Shown here one piece after another: positions 48,951 to 61,300 of a stretch of 64,000 nucleotides of DNA (the first letter of the stretch is position 1; every line of letters begins with the position of its first letter). The notes below the pieces were generated by a model. That model worked only from the letters and a program-made list of their open reading frames with translations, was not told where the DNA came from and did no database searches. The DNA lies in the NCBI GenBank assembly GCA_001643675.2, contig LSRY02000025.1:248001-312000 (forward strand), written 5' to 3'. Made by a program: the position numbers and the translations under genes. The DNA comes from Monocercomonoides exilis PA203 (Eukaryota; Protista; Preaxostyla).

Positions 48951-50997
48951 ACTCTCTCTTGAGTTATTTTTATAATAAAAATATTATAGCTTATGTTGCC
49001 TTATGTATTTTATGATATCGTTCATTTTTTCAAAATACCATTGAAATAACAATAATGACATAAACTCGAACGATAGAATGATTTTGAAAAGGATCAACCA
49101 AATGTGATTTTCATGAAGAATGTTTACAGGTGGGAGAATATTTTTGAAATCATGACTTTTTTCGGAGTGCTGTTTTTTTGAGGTTGTTTGTCTTTGGAAA
49201 GTAATTTTGCATTCAAATGCCAAATTCGTCCAAATTGTTTGATTGATCAATATCCTTGTTATAAAAAAGATGATGATGCCTTCAATAAGCCATTTCATTT
49301 ATCAGTGTTCATTTGGGGAAAAATAAGGACTTTCAAGCTTTTTATGCACAAAGCAAAAAAAATTGTTTCTCTTATAACATTACTAAACTTAATCAGATTT
49401 CAAAATAAATTTAATTTTCATATCCGTAAACAGGTATCGAAGAAATCAAAACGAAAAGTTTTCAAACATTTCTTGAATACCAAAAAATGGACCCATTTTT
49501 ATTTTGTTCTTTGATCTCAAAAAGACAATGAAAAGTGCATATTTTTTCAATGAAAATGCCTGAAAAATAATATTTTGCACCATTTGTTAATGTTCGATGT
49601 TATTTTTCGATTCGAAAATTTTGAAAGAAAAATTATGATTTCAAAAATTATAACCCAGGTCAATTTTTTTCCAGATGAATATCAATTACAATGTTTCAAT
49701 GTTTTTCAAAAGTGGTGAAATTATTATTTTTCAATTTTTCTTGATATGCATTTTTCATTCAAAATTTGAAACTCAAAATTATTTTCAGGATTCGGACTTT
49801 TTTTTCTTTTCAAAAAAAACTAATTTTCGATAACCTTTTCTCTTTATTTTTTGTTCACACATAAAAAAAGTCAAAATAAAACAAAGACCATATCCATCTT
49901 CTTTTGTTCCATTCGACTGAACAGAAACAATAACAGAAAGAAAATTGTGCAAATGTTTCTTCAAAAAAGTTTCAATTTATCACACAAACCAAACAAAGAA
50001 TTCAAAGCATTTGCAAACTCACATTTCCCCAAAAGAATGAATGCGAACAGATTGCTGGCGTCAAAAAAGAAGAAGTTGATGAAGAAAAGCTTTGATTTTC
50101 ATCATTTACAGAAGGAGCTGAAGATATTAAAGAGATTATATAACTGCTTTTCAGAAGCAAAATAATTGGTGTTTCCACCAAAAGAACCATATCAATCAAA
50201 TTGAAATTTGATGAAAAACAATTGAAACCAGATTATTCAGAAAATTCAACTCTTCCATCTTCAGTCAAAGCGGCTTTCGCTTTGCTCCATTTGATAAAAA
50301 CAGAAGCAAAAAATTATCTTCTCAATCCAAACAGTGTGATATTTCCTCTTTCTTTCTTCAACCTCTCTTTCTTCATCCACAAACAGCAGAATTCCAAATT
50401 GAAGCATTTGAACAGGAGAAGTTTCATTCAGAAGATGTGTTGTTAAATGTGCCAATGAATGAAGAAGGAGAATTTTTGGAAACAACTTCATTTCAAAGCA
50501 CGATGACAGAGAAACCACAAACAAGGCATCAGATCTTTTGGTGAGAAGAGAACATGATGAAAATTGCACTTCCAACCTTTGAAATGGAGAAAGAGGAATT
50601 GAAAATCTCAAGTGTAAAAATGATGAAGGATTTGAGGAGTTGCAATCACAGCAACTGCAATGAAGAAGAAGAGGATTTCTGAATAGATGTTGAAGGAACA
50701 TGCGAAAAAGATGAAGATGTGAATGAGGAAAAATGTGAGATAATTGCAATAATAATACGCATCAAACTTTTTTTTAAAAAACAGATAAAAACAAACAAAT
50801 AAAAATTTCAAAATAAATCGTAAACCGGAAGAAGATTGAGATGTGAAAACTGAAACGAAAGGTCAAAAAAAATTATTCGAAATTAGCTGCAAAACAACTT
50901 CAAGAAAAATTCAAGGAAAAAAAAATAATAGGAAGAATAAAGCTCTGGTGAATATCTTGAAACAGATGGAGAAATTCACTTTTTGTCTGTTTTTAAT

Positions 50998-52502
50998 TTA
51001 TGATTCTTTATGATGAATGAAATAATAATTGAGATCTTCTGGTAGTCCAAAGAAATTAGACCTTTCCAAATGTGATTCATAGAAGCTGACTATAATATCT
51101 TCATAACCTTCTTCTTCCATCTTTTCGCGCAACTTTCGATTCAACATCATTTTCTGATTTTCTTTTTCATTTTCCTCTTTCGCCTTTCCTTTCAGCCAGC
51201 TCCAAGCAAACCAAACAAACGAAATCAAGTTATTCATCTTTTCCTTTTTTCTGCTCAATATTCGAGAAAAGTTATAAAATACATAAGCGCTTAATGTTGT
51301 AACTTCGTTGTCAATTGTTGGCCCATGCATTTCCTCCAAAATGAAATCGACAGCCTCTTCACGCAACACACAACCATCAGATTCTGCTTCACGCAAAATG
51401 ATATTATATAAAAATGAAAAACACTTATATTGTATTTCTCTATTGTTGCCCTTTGCTGCTCTGCACAGATCTATGATGCATCTTGTCAGTTTGACGAATT
51501 CTTCTCCATGTATTTGGGCATTTTGAGAATAAAAAACTATTATCACAAGCCACCTCAATAAAAGAATCTCAACTTTCGTTTCTTTTCCTCTTTCTTCTTC
51601 TTTCTTCTTCAAATAAACACATTTTGACAGCAATTCCAGTTCTCTTGTTGCTTCTCCAACAAAATGCAATTCATTCAAAACGTTGCTGTTTGGACATTTG
51701 TTATAAGTCCATCTGCTTATCAAAAACACCCATGCTGATTGATAGGCAAGTTGTGTCAAATTGTGATTTTTCTGATGATACTTCAAGATTTCTGTCATTC
51801 CATTCAAATACAGTCCATTTCCAACACGCTTCATGAAAAAAGCAATTAAAAAATAAATTAAAATAAAAAATTGAAATTGAAATTGAAACAAACGTCTTTA
51901 AAAAGGAAAAATTAATTTCATACATGATATGATCTAATATTTGACAAAGCAAGCAAAGCCATTTCCACTTCTTTTTGATTCTCTTCGCTTTCCTCTTTGT
52001 TCAATGCAACTTTCAGAAGGCAAGGTACACAAATTGAAAATAATGCCTCTCGAAGACTTTCGTACAGAGAAATATAGCATTCGCAGAGATCAAAAAGAAG
52101 CTTTTCATTCTTTTTCTTCTTCTCTTCAACAATCATTTTCTCAAATCTTTCTTGTAAATACGATTTGCAAAGCGAAGTTCCTAAGAAATCTTTCATCGCT
52201 TTGCAATACCCCATGTGTTTCAACAACGGAATGGCACTTTCCAAAGATATTTTCCTTTCTTCAATCATTTTGTTCAGTCTGTCGAGCTGTCCATTTGTGA
52301 AAACAGAACATAATTCTTCTTTGTTCATTTTATTCATCCGTTTGTTCATTTCTTCGATTTTCTGTTTTTGTTCAATTTCAGAACAATTCTCCAGTTCAGA
52401 AAACAATTCTTCAAAATAAACAAAGAAAAGAACGCAATCATCTGGAATTCAAATAAATATTGTTTGCAAACCAGTGAATTTTGTGAATTGAGACTTCTGC
52501 AT
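50998..52502 (-). CDS. Family A, copy 4
   Basis: Exon 1 MQKSQFTKFT with a GTTTGC donor, then ORFs 51918..52406 and 50998..51891 with family motifs. Confidence 0.8.
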
Positions 52503-55434
52503 TTTCCCCCAAGTTAATTCATCCAGAAAGCATTCGCAATACACCATTTAGTTCGAAGAATCGCCCAGTTTGAAAGAACAAAATGACAAAAATAAAAACA
52601 TTGCACAATCAATACAATATAAGCTTTCATACCACACTCATTTGCATTGACATTTTTAACAAGCAACTGTCGAGAAAAGCAATGAATAATTGTTATCTGT
52701 TTCTTGTAATGGTTTCATCGATCAAACTGATTTTTCAAATTCATAAAATAACTTATCAGATAAATTTTAGATTATCAAACAAAAATTAGTTGTGAAATTC
52801 GTAATATTGTTTTCTTGACAATGTTTGATTACGATAGAAATATATTTAATTTGGCAATTTAAAAAATGAAATCGTGAAAAATAAAACAACAAAAAAGGAT
52901 ATTTGTTTTCATAAATGTTGAATGAGGACAACTATTCATTTGTATTTATCATGTTCTTTATCGGATTGAAGATATCTGCATCTGTTGCCTTTGAAAAGCC
53001 AGAGAAAAGAACTGTTTATAAAAACGGCAATTATTTCACTTCATGGAACATTATTGCAAGGAAGAGAGCTGATAGTTGCGATGCAATAAGTTGATGAAAG
53101 AGAAAGAGTAAGATTAGAACTTTTTTGGATTTCAGTTTAAAAGAAGGAATGAAAATAAATACAGATTAAAAATACAAAGAAGAAGGGATGAAAGAAATCG
53201 AGGGAAAAAGAGAATTTCACGCATTCGGATTGTTTTCGCAAAACGAGAAAGATGAGCAGAACTTGGGTGTGTTGAATAAAGAGTATTGTTGGAAACATCA
53301 AAAGCTGGATTTTTATTGAGAAAAAAATGAAAGAAAACAATGCGATTCAATGAAACAAAAAAACAGATGAATAATTAGTTGGATGATTTTCTGCTTTTTT
53401 AAAATTCTTGCGGACTTGTGCTTTGTGGAATATTTGAAGGGAAGAAAAGATTTTTCTGAATTCATTTTTGAGCTAAAGCAAATGAGAAATATCAGCAGCA
53501 ATGCAACATTCAATTGTCAAATGGTTGTTGTGAATCAAGCAAATTCTGTGGAAGCCGTGTTTGGATTTTCATCTTCAAGGTGTGTGCTATCGGAGTGAGT
53601 CAATTGATTATTATGCCAATCTTGTTTGAAAAAGCATCACAATCAACATCAGGTGAGCTGTTAATTGTTATCATCTTTGGCTTTCTCTCCACTCTTCATT
53701 CTCCTTCCAACAAAGTCTTCGTTTCCTCCTGCTTTGTGTTTGAGTCTGTCTTATTGAAGATCTCCATGGTCTGGTTTCCCATCTCTTGCAGAACAGATAT
53801 CATGAAACGAACATTAACATTTTCATATCTCATTGCCAACAATGTGGCAGCATCTCCAAATTGTGTCATTCGTGTTCAGTAATTCTCATCTTCAGACTCA
53901 AGTCATTTTTTTGATTGCGATTGAATGTCAATCTCCTTGTTCTTCTTCTGTTTTGGTATTTTGAACTGAAAGGATGCAATTTTAAATATTATTCAAAGTT
54001 AGCAGGATGGAATCCGAATTCGGATCAAAGGAGCTGAACTGTTCTGCGGAACGACCAAAGGTGCCGAAAGGGTTATCCCTGAGAATAAAAAGCTTCTTTT
54101 GATTTTTTGCTGATAGATAGTCTTCTTTTATTTATTTCTTCTCCTCCTTCTTTCTCTTCCTCCTTATCCTTCTTAACAGCATTTTTGTTATTATTGAGAA
54201 AGATAACAGTTTGTGGATCGAATTAATAAGAGCATGCATTTAAATATGGAAAATGGAAGTTGATGGAACATGTGTCGAAGATGAATATTAACGTAAATTC
54301 GAAAAAGTGAGCTGAAATGAAATGAACAAACAGATTGACTCTTCAAAGAAAGGCAAATGACAAAGATGAGGGAGATATATAATGATCTGGAGAAATTGCA
54401 TTGGGCAACTTTCGTCCAATCGAAATGAGTGACAAAGACGATTCTGAAGACAGAGAAGTTGGTCCTCCTTCCAGAAGGGGAGTCAGAAAAGGCAGAATTG
54501 CATTGTTGTGCGACCACAAACAAGAAGTTATTCTCTTTCACAGAAAACACACAATTTTGTAATAAGATGAAAAAAAGTGAAAAGTTATATTTGTCTGAAA
54601 ATTGAATTTTGGAATAAATGTTTTCGAAAATAAAAATTAAACTCATCAATAATATGTCATGCGATTATGAAAGTTGTTGAACCATACCATTTCCGAATAT
54701 GAAGGGATTTCTCTTCCAATCAGCTTACAAAACATCAACATATGTGCTTCCGTGGGGAAAAAAAGGAGAAAACGCATTATCTGAATAAAGACAGCTTGAG
54801 GTGTCACATCCTTGAGAATAACACTTGATATGATAAAGGCTGTTGTCTGAAATGGATAAGGATTTGATTAGTTAAAACTTTACGCTTCTACCAAAAACTT
54901 CTCATAATTGCAGATTTGCCCTTTGCACAGAAGAAGCAAAAGATTGTTCAAGCACTGATGTTATCAATCTCCATTTTCGTTGTTTTGCAGTGCCTCTCTC
55001 AATCATCATTTTTTCCCACATGAATATCCTGTTTTCGATCTTCTCAACCCCTTTTTTCCTGAATAAAATATCTATTTATTTTTTCTTTCCAACATCAATC
55101 CTATTGTTGGCTTTCTTCTTTTTCCTTCTTCCAAACACTTTCCATCAAATTTGCTTTTTCATTCCCTGTTCCAATTGAATGCAAAAAATATTCGTTTCAC
55201 ATCTGCTGAATGGATCTCGGCATCTTGCTCTCTTCTGATGTTCTGCTCCACTAACCAAAAGAATGACTTTTTATTCAATCCGTCAAATGCCTGAGTCCTG
55301 AAAAGGTGACAATGGAACCATTTTTGTCGTTAACAACAAAATAAAAATCACAAAGTGCAAACATTCAAATTTTAACATTTCAAATAAGAATTGATATCCT
55401 TGGCTGTTCAATAGATACAATGAGAATAGAAAGG

Positions 55435-55640
55435 TTTTATTCGAATAAAAATAACTTATTAAAATAAACAAAGTTTATTCGGAATAAATAATTTTTATTG
55501 GAATAAAAAAAATTAAATGGAATAAACTCCGTCTTTTCGGAATAAATTTTTTTAAATTCGAATAAACTTGTGTCACCTGGAATAAACTTTGGTTATTCGA
55601 ATTATTATTTTTATTCGAATAAAATTTTCTTATTCCAATA
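55435..55640. repeat. Phased array of 11 (TTATTC)GAATAAA-like motifs at 18-20-bp spacing
   Basis: AATAAA-type cores start at 55444, 55463, 55483, 55502, 55521, 55541, 55561, 55581, 55600, 55618 and 55637. Confidence 0.75.
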
Positions 55641-56039
55641 CAATCTTATGAACATAATTTTCATTAATGTCCCATCGTTGCAAATATTAATCATACGATT
55701 CATGCATTCATGGGGAAAAAATAAACAAATTATGTGGGGTATGTTAAACTCGTCAATCTCCCATTCTGTCAATTTATATTCGAGATAAATCAAAGATTTT
55801 TGATCGTTGAATCCATAACAACAAACAGAGAAAGAAAAATTATTTTTTTCTTATTCATCGTTGACAAAACTCAGATGTTCAAGAGAAAAGTATGAATGAG
55901 GATTTTTATTACATCCGCTTTAAAGTTTTAATGTTTCAAACCTTCTTTTATTTGTGGTGACTTATTTTCTGTTTGAATGGTCAAAAACATTGCGATTAAT
56001 GTGTTTGACGTGTTTTTACAAATCAGGAGGTTATCATTA

Positions 56040-56674
56040 ATGAAAAAATATTTGGTTTGCAATAGTTGTTATATTTTAATTCTTGTTTGCTGAATATCAT
56101 TTTATTTTTGTTTTTGAAGGATTGTTATCTGATATGGAGTGTTGTTCTGCTTCTGAACAGAAACCGAAAATTAAAGAAATAAATGATTCATTTTATAAGA
56201 TGGATAGGAATGAATTCGATTTTATTTTCTCAACGGAGATGTGCAATGAGATTAACAAAATGATTGAAGAAAAGAAAATGAATTTGGAAAATGCGCTTTT
56301 GTTGTTGAAGCACATCGGATATATCAAAGAATTACACAAATTTCAGAGCGGAAGCTTTAAATTTTCTTTGCTTCCTGAAAGAATTGAGAAGATGATTTGT
56401 GAAGAGTTTCAGAAAAAAGACGGAATGAATAAGAAGATTCTTGTTGATCTCAGTGAATGCTATCTTCTATTGATTGAAGACTTCATCACAAACGACCTGA
56501 TTGTTATTTGTGTTCCTTACCTTTTGAAAGTGGCATTGAAAAATGAGGAAAACGAAGAGGCACAAAAAGAATTAGAAATTGCTTTATTAGCTTTAAGCAA
56601 TATTGGTCAGTTTACAGTGTGAAATTTATTCATCACAACACCGATTTTTTTGCTTCATTTTTTGATGTATTTCT

Positions 56675-56724
<50 letters not shown>

Positions 56725-57494
56725 AGAAGATTCCAAACGAACGTTATTTCAATGAAATAAAAGAAATTATGCAATATCATCAAGAGCATCTCAATCTGAC
56801 TCGTTTTGCAATTCAGTTTGCTTGGGAGTTTTTAATAAACAGATTATTCTTCGATGGTAGTGAGGAAGAAGCAATTGCGAGTGAGCTGAATTTTGTGGAA
56901 GGGGCAAGAAGAGAACTGGAAGTGCTGTCAAAATGTGTTTATTTGAAGAAGAAAAAAGAAGAAAGAGGTAAAGAAACGAAAGTTGAGATTCTTTTGATGA
57001 TATGGCTCAAAACGCTTGAGATTTATTTTCGCTATTGTCGATTGAGGAATGAAGAATTTGTTGGATTTATTGACAGCCTTGTGAAAGTGCTTCGAGCTGC
57101 AAGAGAAAATAAAAGAGAAATCAGTTACAGGTGCATTTATACCTTGAGGGAAGCAGCAAAAAATGAAAGTGTGAGAATTGATGACTTGTTGAGAGAAGGA
57201 GCTGTGGAAGCTGTTTTGGAGGAGTTTCATCAGGCAACATTGAATGACAAGAATGCGTTTGAAAGCTTGAGATTTTTTGATTCTGTTTCACGGAGATTGA
57301 AAAAATATGCGGATGATGAAATGGAAGAAGAGGAAAGAAAAGAGTTGAAAAGGAAAATATTTGAAAAGATGGAAGAAGTAGGACCTGAAGATAACATCAT
57401 GAGTTGTTATGAAAGACTAAATTTTCTGAACAGAAAGTATTTAAATATTTACAGATTACCATTAAATATTTCTGATTATTTTGTGAATGCTTGA
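56040..57494 (+). CDS. Family A, copy 5 (first exon uncertain)
   Basis: ORFs 56083..56622 and 56619..57494 with family motifs. The intron between them contains a 46-nt poly(T) before TGCAG. Confidence 0.78.
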
Positions 57495-58336
57495 GGAAAT
57501 GAGATGCTTTTCACTTTGAAGCACAAAATTTTTCTTTTTCTTTTTTAACACCATTTCTAGAAATACAAAACAAATAAACACATTGTTTATTTCAAATTTC
57601 CGATTGCAATTGTTACGAGCTTGTTCAAATTAAGAAATACTTCTTTGATTTTTCAGTTAAATCAAAAAGGCTTGGAGATTCCATAATTTTTCCTTTCCTT
57701 TTTTTTTTCCTTTCAAAAACGATACAGGAAAATAAACTCTAAAGATGAGATGCACATTTAATTTGAAAAAATAAAATAAAATAAAATAAAATAAAATAAA
57801 ATAAAATTAAAATTAAAAACAAAATTAAATTACAAAAATTGAGTTAACCCCCTTTCAAAAATTGAAAATCCAGAAGTTTCCTCACAAAACGACATACACA
57901 TAAAAAATTGTAGATACAAATATTACAAATCAATTTATCATGTAGCTCATATGCTATTAAACAACTAACAAAGGCAAAAACACATGAAGAAGAAGCAGAT
58001 CAGATGAAGGCATTGAGCACAAGAAAGAGGGAAAGATCATACAGCTAGGAAAGACACATGAAAATCGAAAATAAAATAAATGATAAAATAAAATGAAAAA
58101 GAACAAAATAAAACTGAAGAATTGCAAATCTTAAAGGGATATGAAATTTATTTCGAATACTTTATTCAAAATCAAATAAAAAAGAAAGAAAGTAAGTAAA
58201 CAAATAAAATTACAAATAAATTTAGAGAGAGCAAAATGAGAAAACCGAAAAAAAAAAAAGAAAAAAAAAATAAGTTTTTTTTTATCCTTTTCAGTTTTCT
58301 CTTCCTTCACTCATTTCTCTTCTCATTGCCATCTTC

Positions 58337-61300
58337 TCATTGCCATCTTCCCTTTGTTTTCTCCTCCTTCAGCAGTCTTGCCAGCCTTTTTGCATTCTTC
58401 GACCACATCTGCCCTTTCTGCCTCGCCATCGTCTCAATCTGACTGAAATCGAGTGATTGCTCTACCCTTGTTCGGATGTGGATATCGTCGTTCTTCAGAA
58501 ATTCTGTCAGAATAAACAGGGCATTCAGAATAAGCTCAGAATAGGGCGAGCTCAAAAGGGAAATGCATTTCGTGTCTGTGAGATTGGAGAGGAGCATCTG
58601 GTGGTTGGCTGTTGAGGGAAAAAAATAAAGGAAAAGCAAAAGAAAAGAAAAGAAAAGAAAAAAATAAAAAATAAAAAATAATGTCAATTAAGAATTTGAA
58701 GTTTAAAAAAGAAAAAATAGAAAAAAAAGAAAAAAGAAAAAATTCAAAAAAATCATCAACAACAGATAGCATTATCCATTAAAAAACATAATTTTATTCA
58801 TGTTCTTTTTCATATCATTTTCATTTCATTTCACTTCAGTTTTCCCCCTTCCCAAAACTCTCCCAAATCATACGGTGATGCACTGCCAGCGCACACAGTC
58901 CGCTAAGCAGATTCCTCTTGTGCTGCACTCTTTCTGCTCTGTTCTCTATCACTCCCCAGCTGAACCTCACCACTGCCCCAAACGAATGTGGAGCAGGAAA
59001 TCCATTGAACAGATGGAAAAGAGAGCGTGCTGCATTGATTTTGTCCTCCTTTCCTGGCTCTTCCTGGAAAATGGCAAACAAAACTCCGCTTCCTCCTTCC
59101 ATCTCCACCTCATCTCTGAACGGATTCACTCTTTTGTACCCTTCCGCATTCGATCCTGTGATAAGGATGTTGCACAGGGCTGTGAGAGAAAGCGAGAATT
59201 GAATGTGTTTTTTGATTCGCTCCATCAAAAGAGGAATACAGCCATCTGCCACCAGCTTCTTCACTATGGAGAAGGAGTCTGGCAGTGTGAAACGCAAAAA
59301 TGCTCTTACAGGAACATCCAATTCACAATTTTTCTCTTTTATTTCGTTCATTTTTGGTCTTTGTTTTGATTTTGATTCAATTTCAATTTCAGTTTCAGTT
59401 TCAGATTCATTTGGCAAAGCAAGCAAGTTCACAAGGCAACTGCTGAGTGAAGGAGAAGAGGCAAAGACATCCGCAGTGTGTTGAATGTTCCCATTCAGTG
59501 ATGTGTTTATGATTTGACACAGATCAATCTTCAGAGAGAAAGGAGGGCTGAGCGAAAGAGCAGCAGAAATGAGAGAAAAGAAAGAGGAAGAGATGATTGC
59601 GCAGCGTTGGGTAGAGTCAGAAGAAGAAAGAAGAGAAAGAAGAGGAGGAATGAAAAGACAGTGAGAGGAGAGAGAGGGAGAGAGAGAAAGATCGGTGGAG
59701 GAAAGAGAAGAAATGGGGTGAGAGAGAGGGAAGGAAGAAGAAGAAGAAGAGGAGGAGGAGGAGGAGGAAGGAGAAGAAGAAGAGGGAGAAGAAGAAAAGG
59801 AGGAAGGAGACATGAGTTGAAGTGAACGAGAGGATTTTGGAGTGGATGTGGAAGCAAATGAAGAAGAAGAAGCGAAAGAAGAATTCATTTCATTGTCTTC
59901 TGAAGAAGATGAAGAAGAAATAGAAACTTGAGGAATGAACTTCTGAACCAGCAAATGCATTTTGTCGAGAATTTTGATAAGTTTTTCTTCTTCTGGATGA
60001 ATTTCCGGTTTAATTGGTTCATCTTCCAAGTGAATTGAAGAGCTTTCTGTTGATTTTAGTTCAATTTCTTCTTTTTCTTCTTTCTCCTTCTTATTGTCTT
60101 TTTTGTTATCTTCTTCTTCTTCTTCTTCTCTTTCTTTCTTTTCCTCTTTAATTTTCTCTTCTTCTCTCTCTTTCTTTTCTTCTTCTTTTCTATCGTAATC
60201 TTCATCATCTTTGTCATCATCATCATTTTCTTTCTCTTCAATCGCTCCAAAACGAGGAAAAGTGTTCTTTTCATCCAAAATGGCAGAAGAATCATCTTTT
60301 CTTTGGAAAGTTCTTCTTTCTTTCTCTTCTTCTTCTCTTTCTTCTTCTCTTTCTCTTTCTTTATCTTTTTCTCTTCTCTTCTCTTCTCCTTCCTCTTCTT
60401 CCTCTTCCTCTTCCTTCTCTTCCTCTTTCTCTTTCTCCTCTTTCTCTTCCTCCTCTTCCTCTTCCTCTTCTTTTCTCTCTCTCTTCTCTTTTCTCTTTAT
60501 TTCTCTCTTTCCTAAGGAATATCTTATTGCAGAAGCTGAAGCTGAAGTTGATTTGTTATCTTCTTCTTCTCTTCCTTCTCTTCCTTCTTCTTCTCTTTCT
60601 CTCTCTCCTTCTTCTCTTTCTCTTTCTTTCTTCATCTCCTCTATTTCCTTCTTCAATCCTTCGATTTCTTTCTCTTTCTCTTCCATTTTCTTTTCCATTG
60701 CTTCTTTCTCTTCTTCCATTTCTTCTTTTTCTTTCAATAGTTCTTCTTTCTTTTCCTTCAATTTCTTAATTTTCTCCTTCATTTTCTCTTTTTCTTCTTT
60801 CAATTTTGCTATTTCTTCTTCTTTTTCCTTCAAAGAAATCTTCAAAACTTCTTTTTCTTTTTCTCTTTCGTCTTTTTCTTCCTTTTCTTCTTTCTCTTCC
60901 TTTTCTTCTTTCTCTTCTTTCTCTTCTTTCTCTTCTTTCTCTTCCTTTTCTTCTTTCTCTTCTTTCTCTTCTTTTTCTTCCTTTTCTTCTTTTTCTTCCT
61001 TTTCTTCCTTTTCTTCTTCTTCTCTCTTCAAATTCTTCAAATTTTCTTCCATTTCTTTCTTCTCCTTCTCTAATTTCTTCATTTCTTCCATCTTCTTCTT
61101 CATTCCTTCTTCAAACACGTTCATTTTCCCTTCGATTTCATTCAGAAATTCATTTGCGATTCTTTCCTTCTCTTCCATTTTCTTCTTCATTTCTTCTTCT
61201 TCTTCTTCTTTTTCTCTTAAAATAACATGCAATTTCTTTATTTCTTCTTCTTTCTCCTTTTCTCTTTCTTCTTTTTCTTCTTTTTCTTCTTTTTCTTCTT

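Noticed and set aside
55435-55640. CRISPR array
   Set aside because: Units are only ~19 bp, the repeat is degenerate, there are no cas genes, and the context is eukaryotic.
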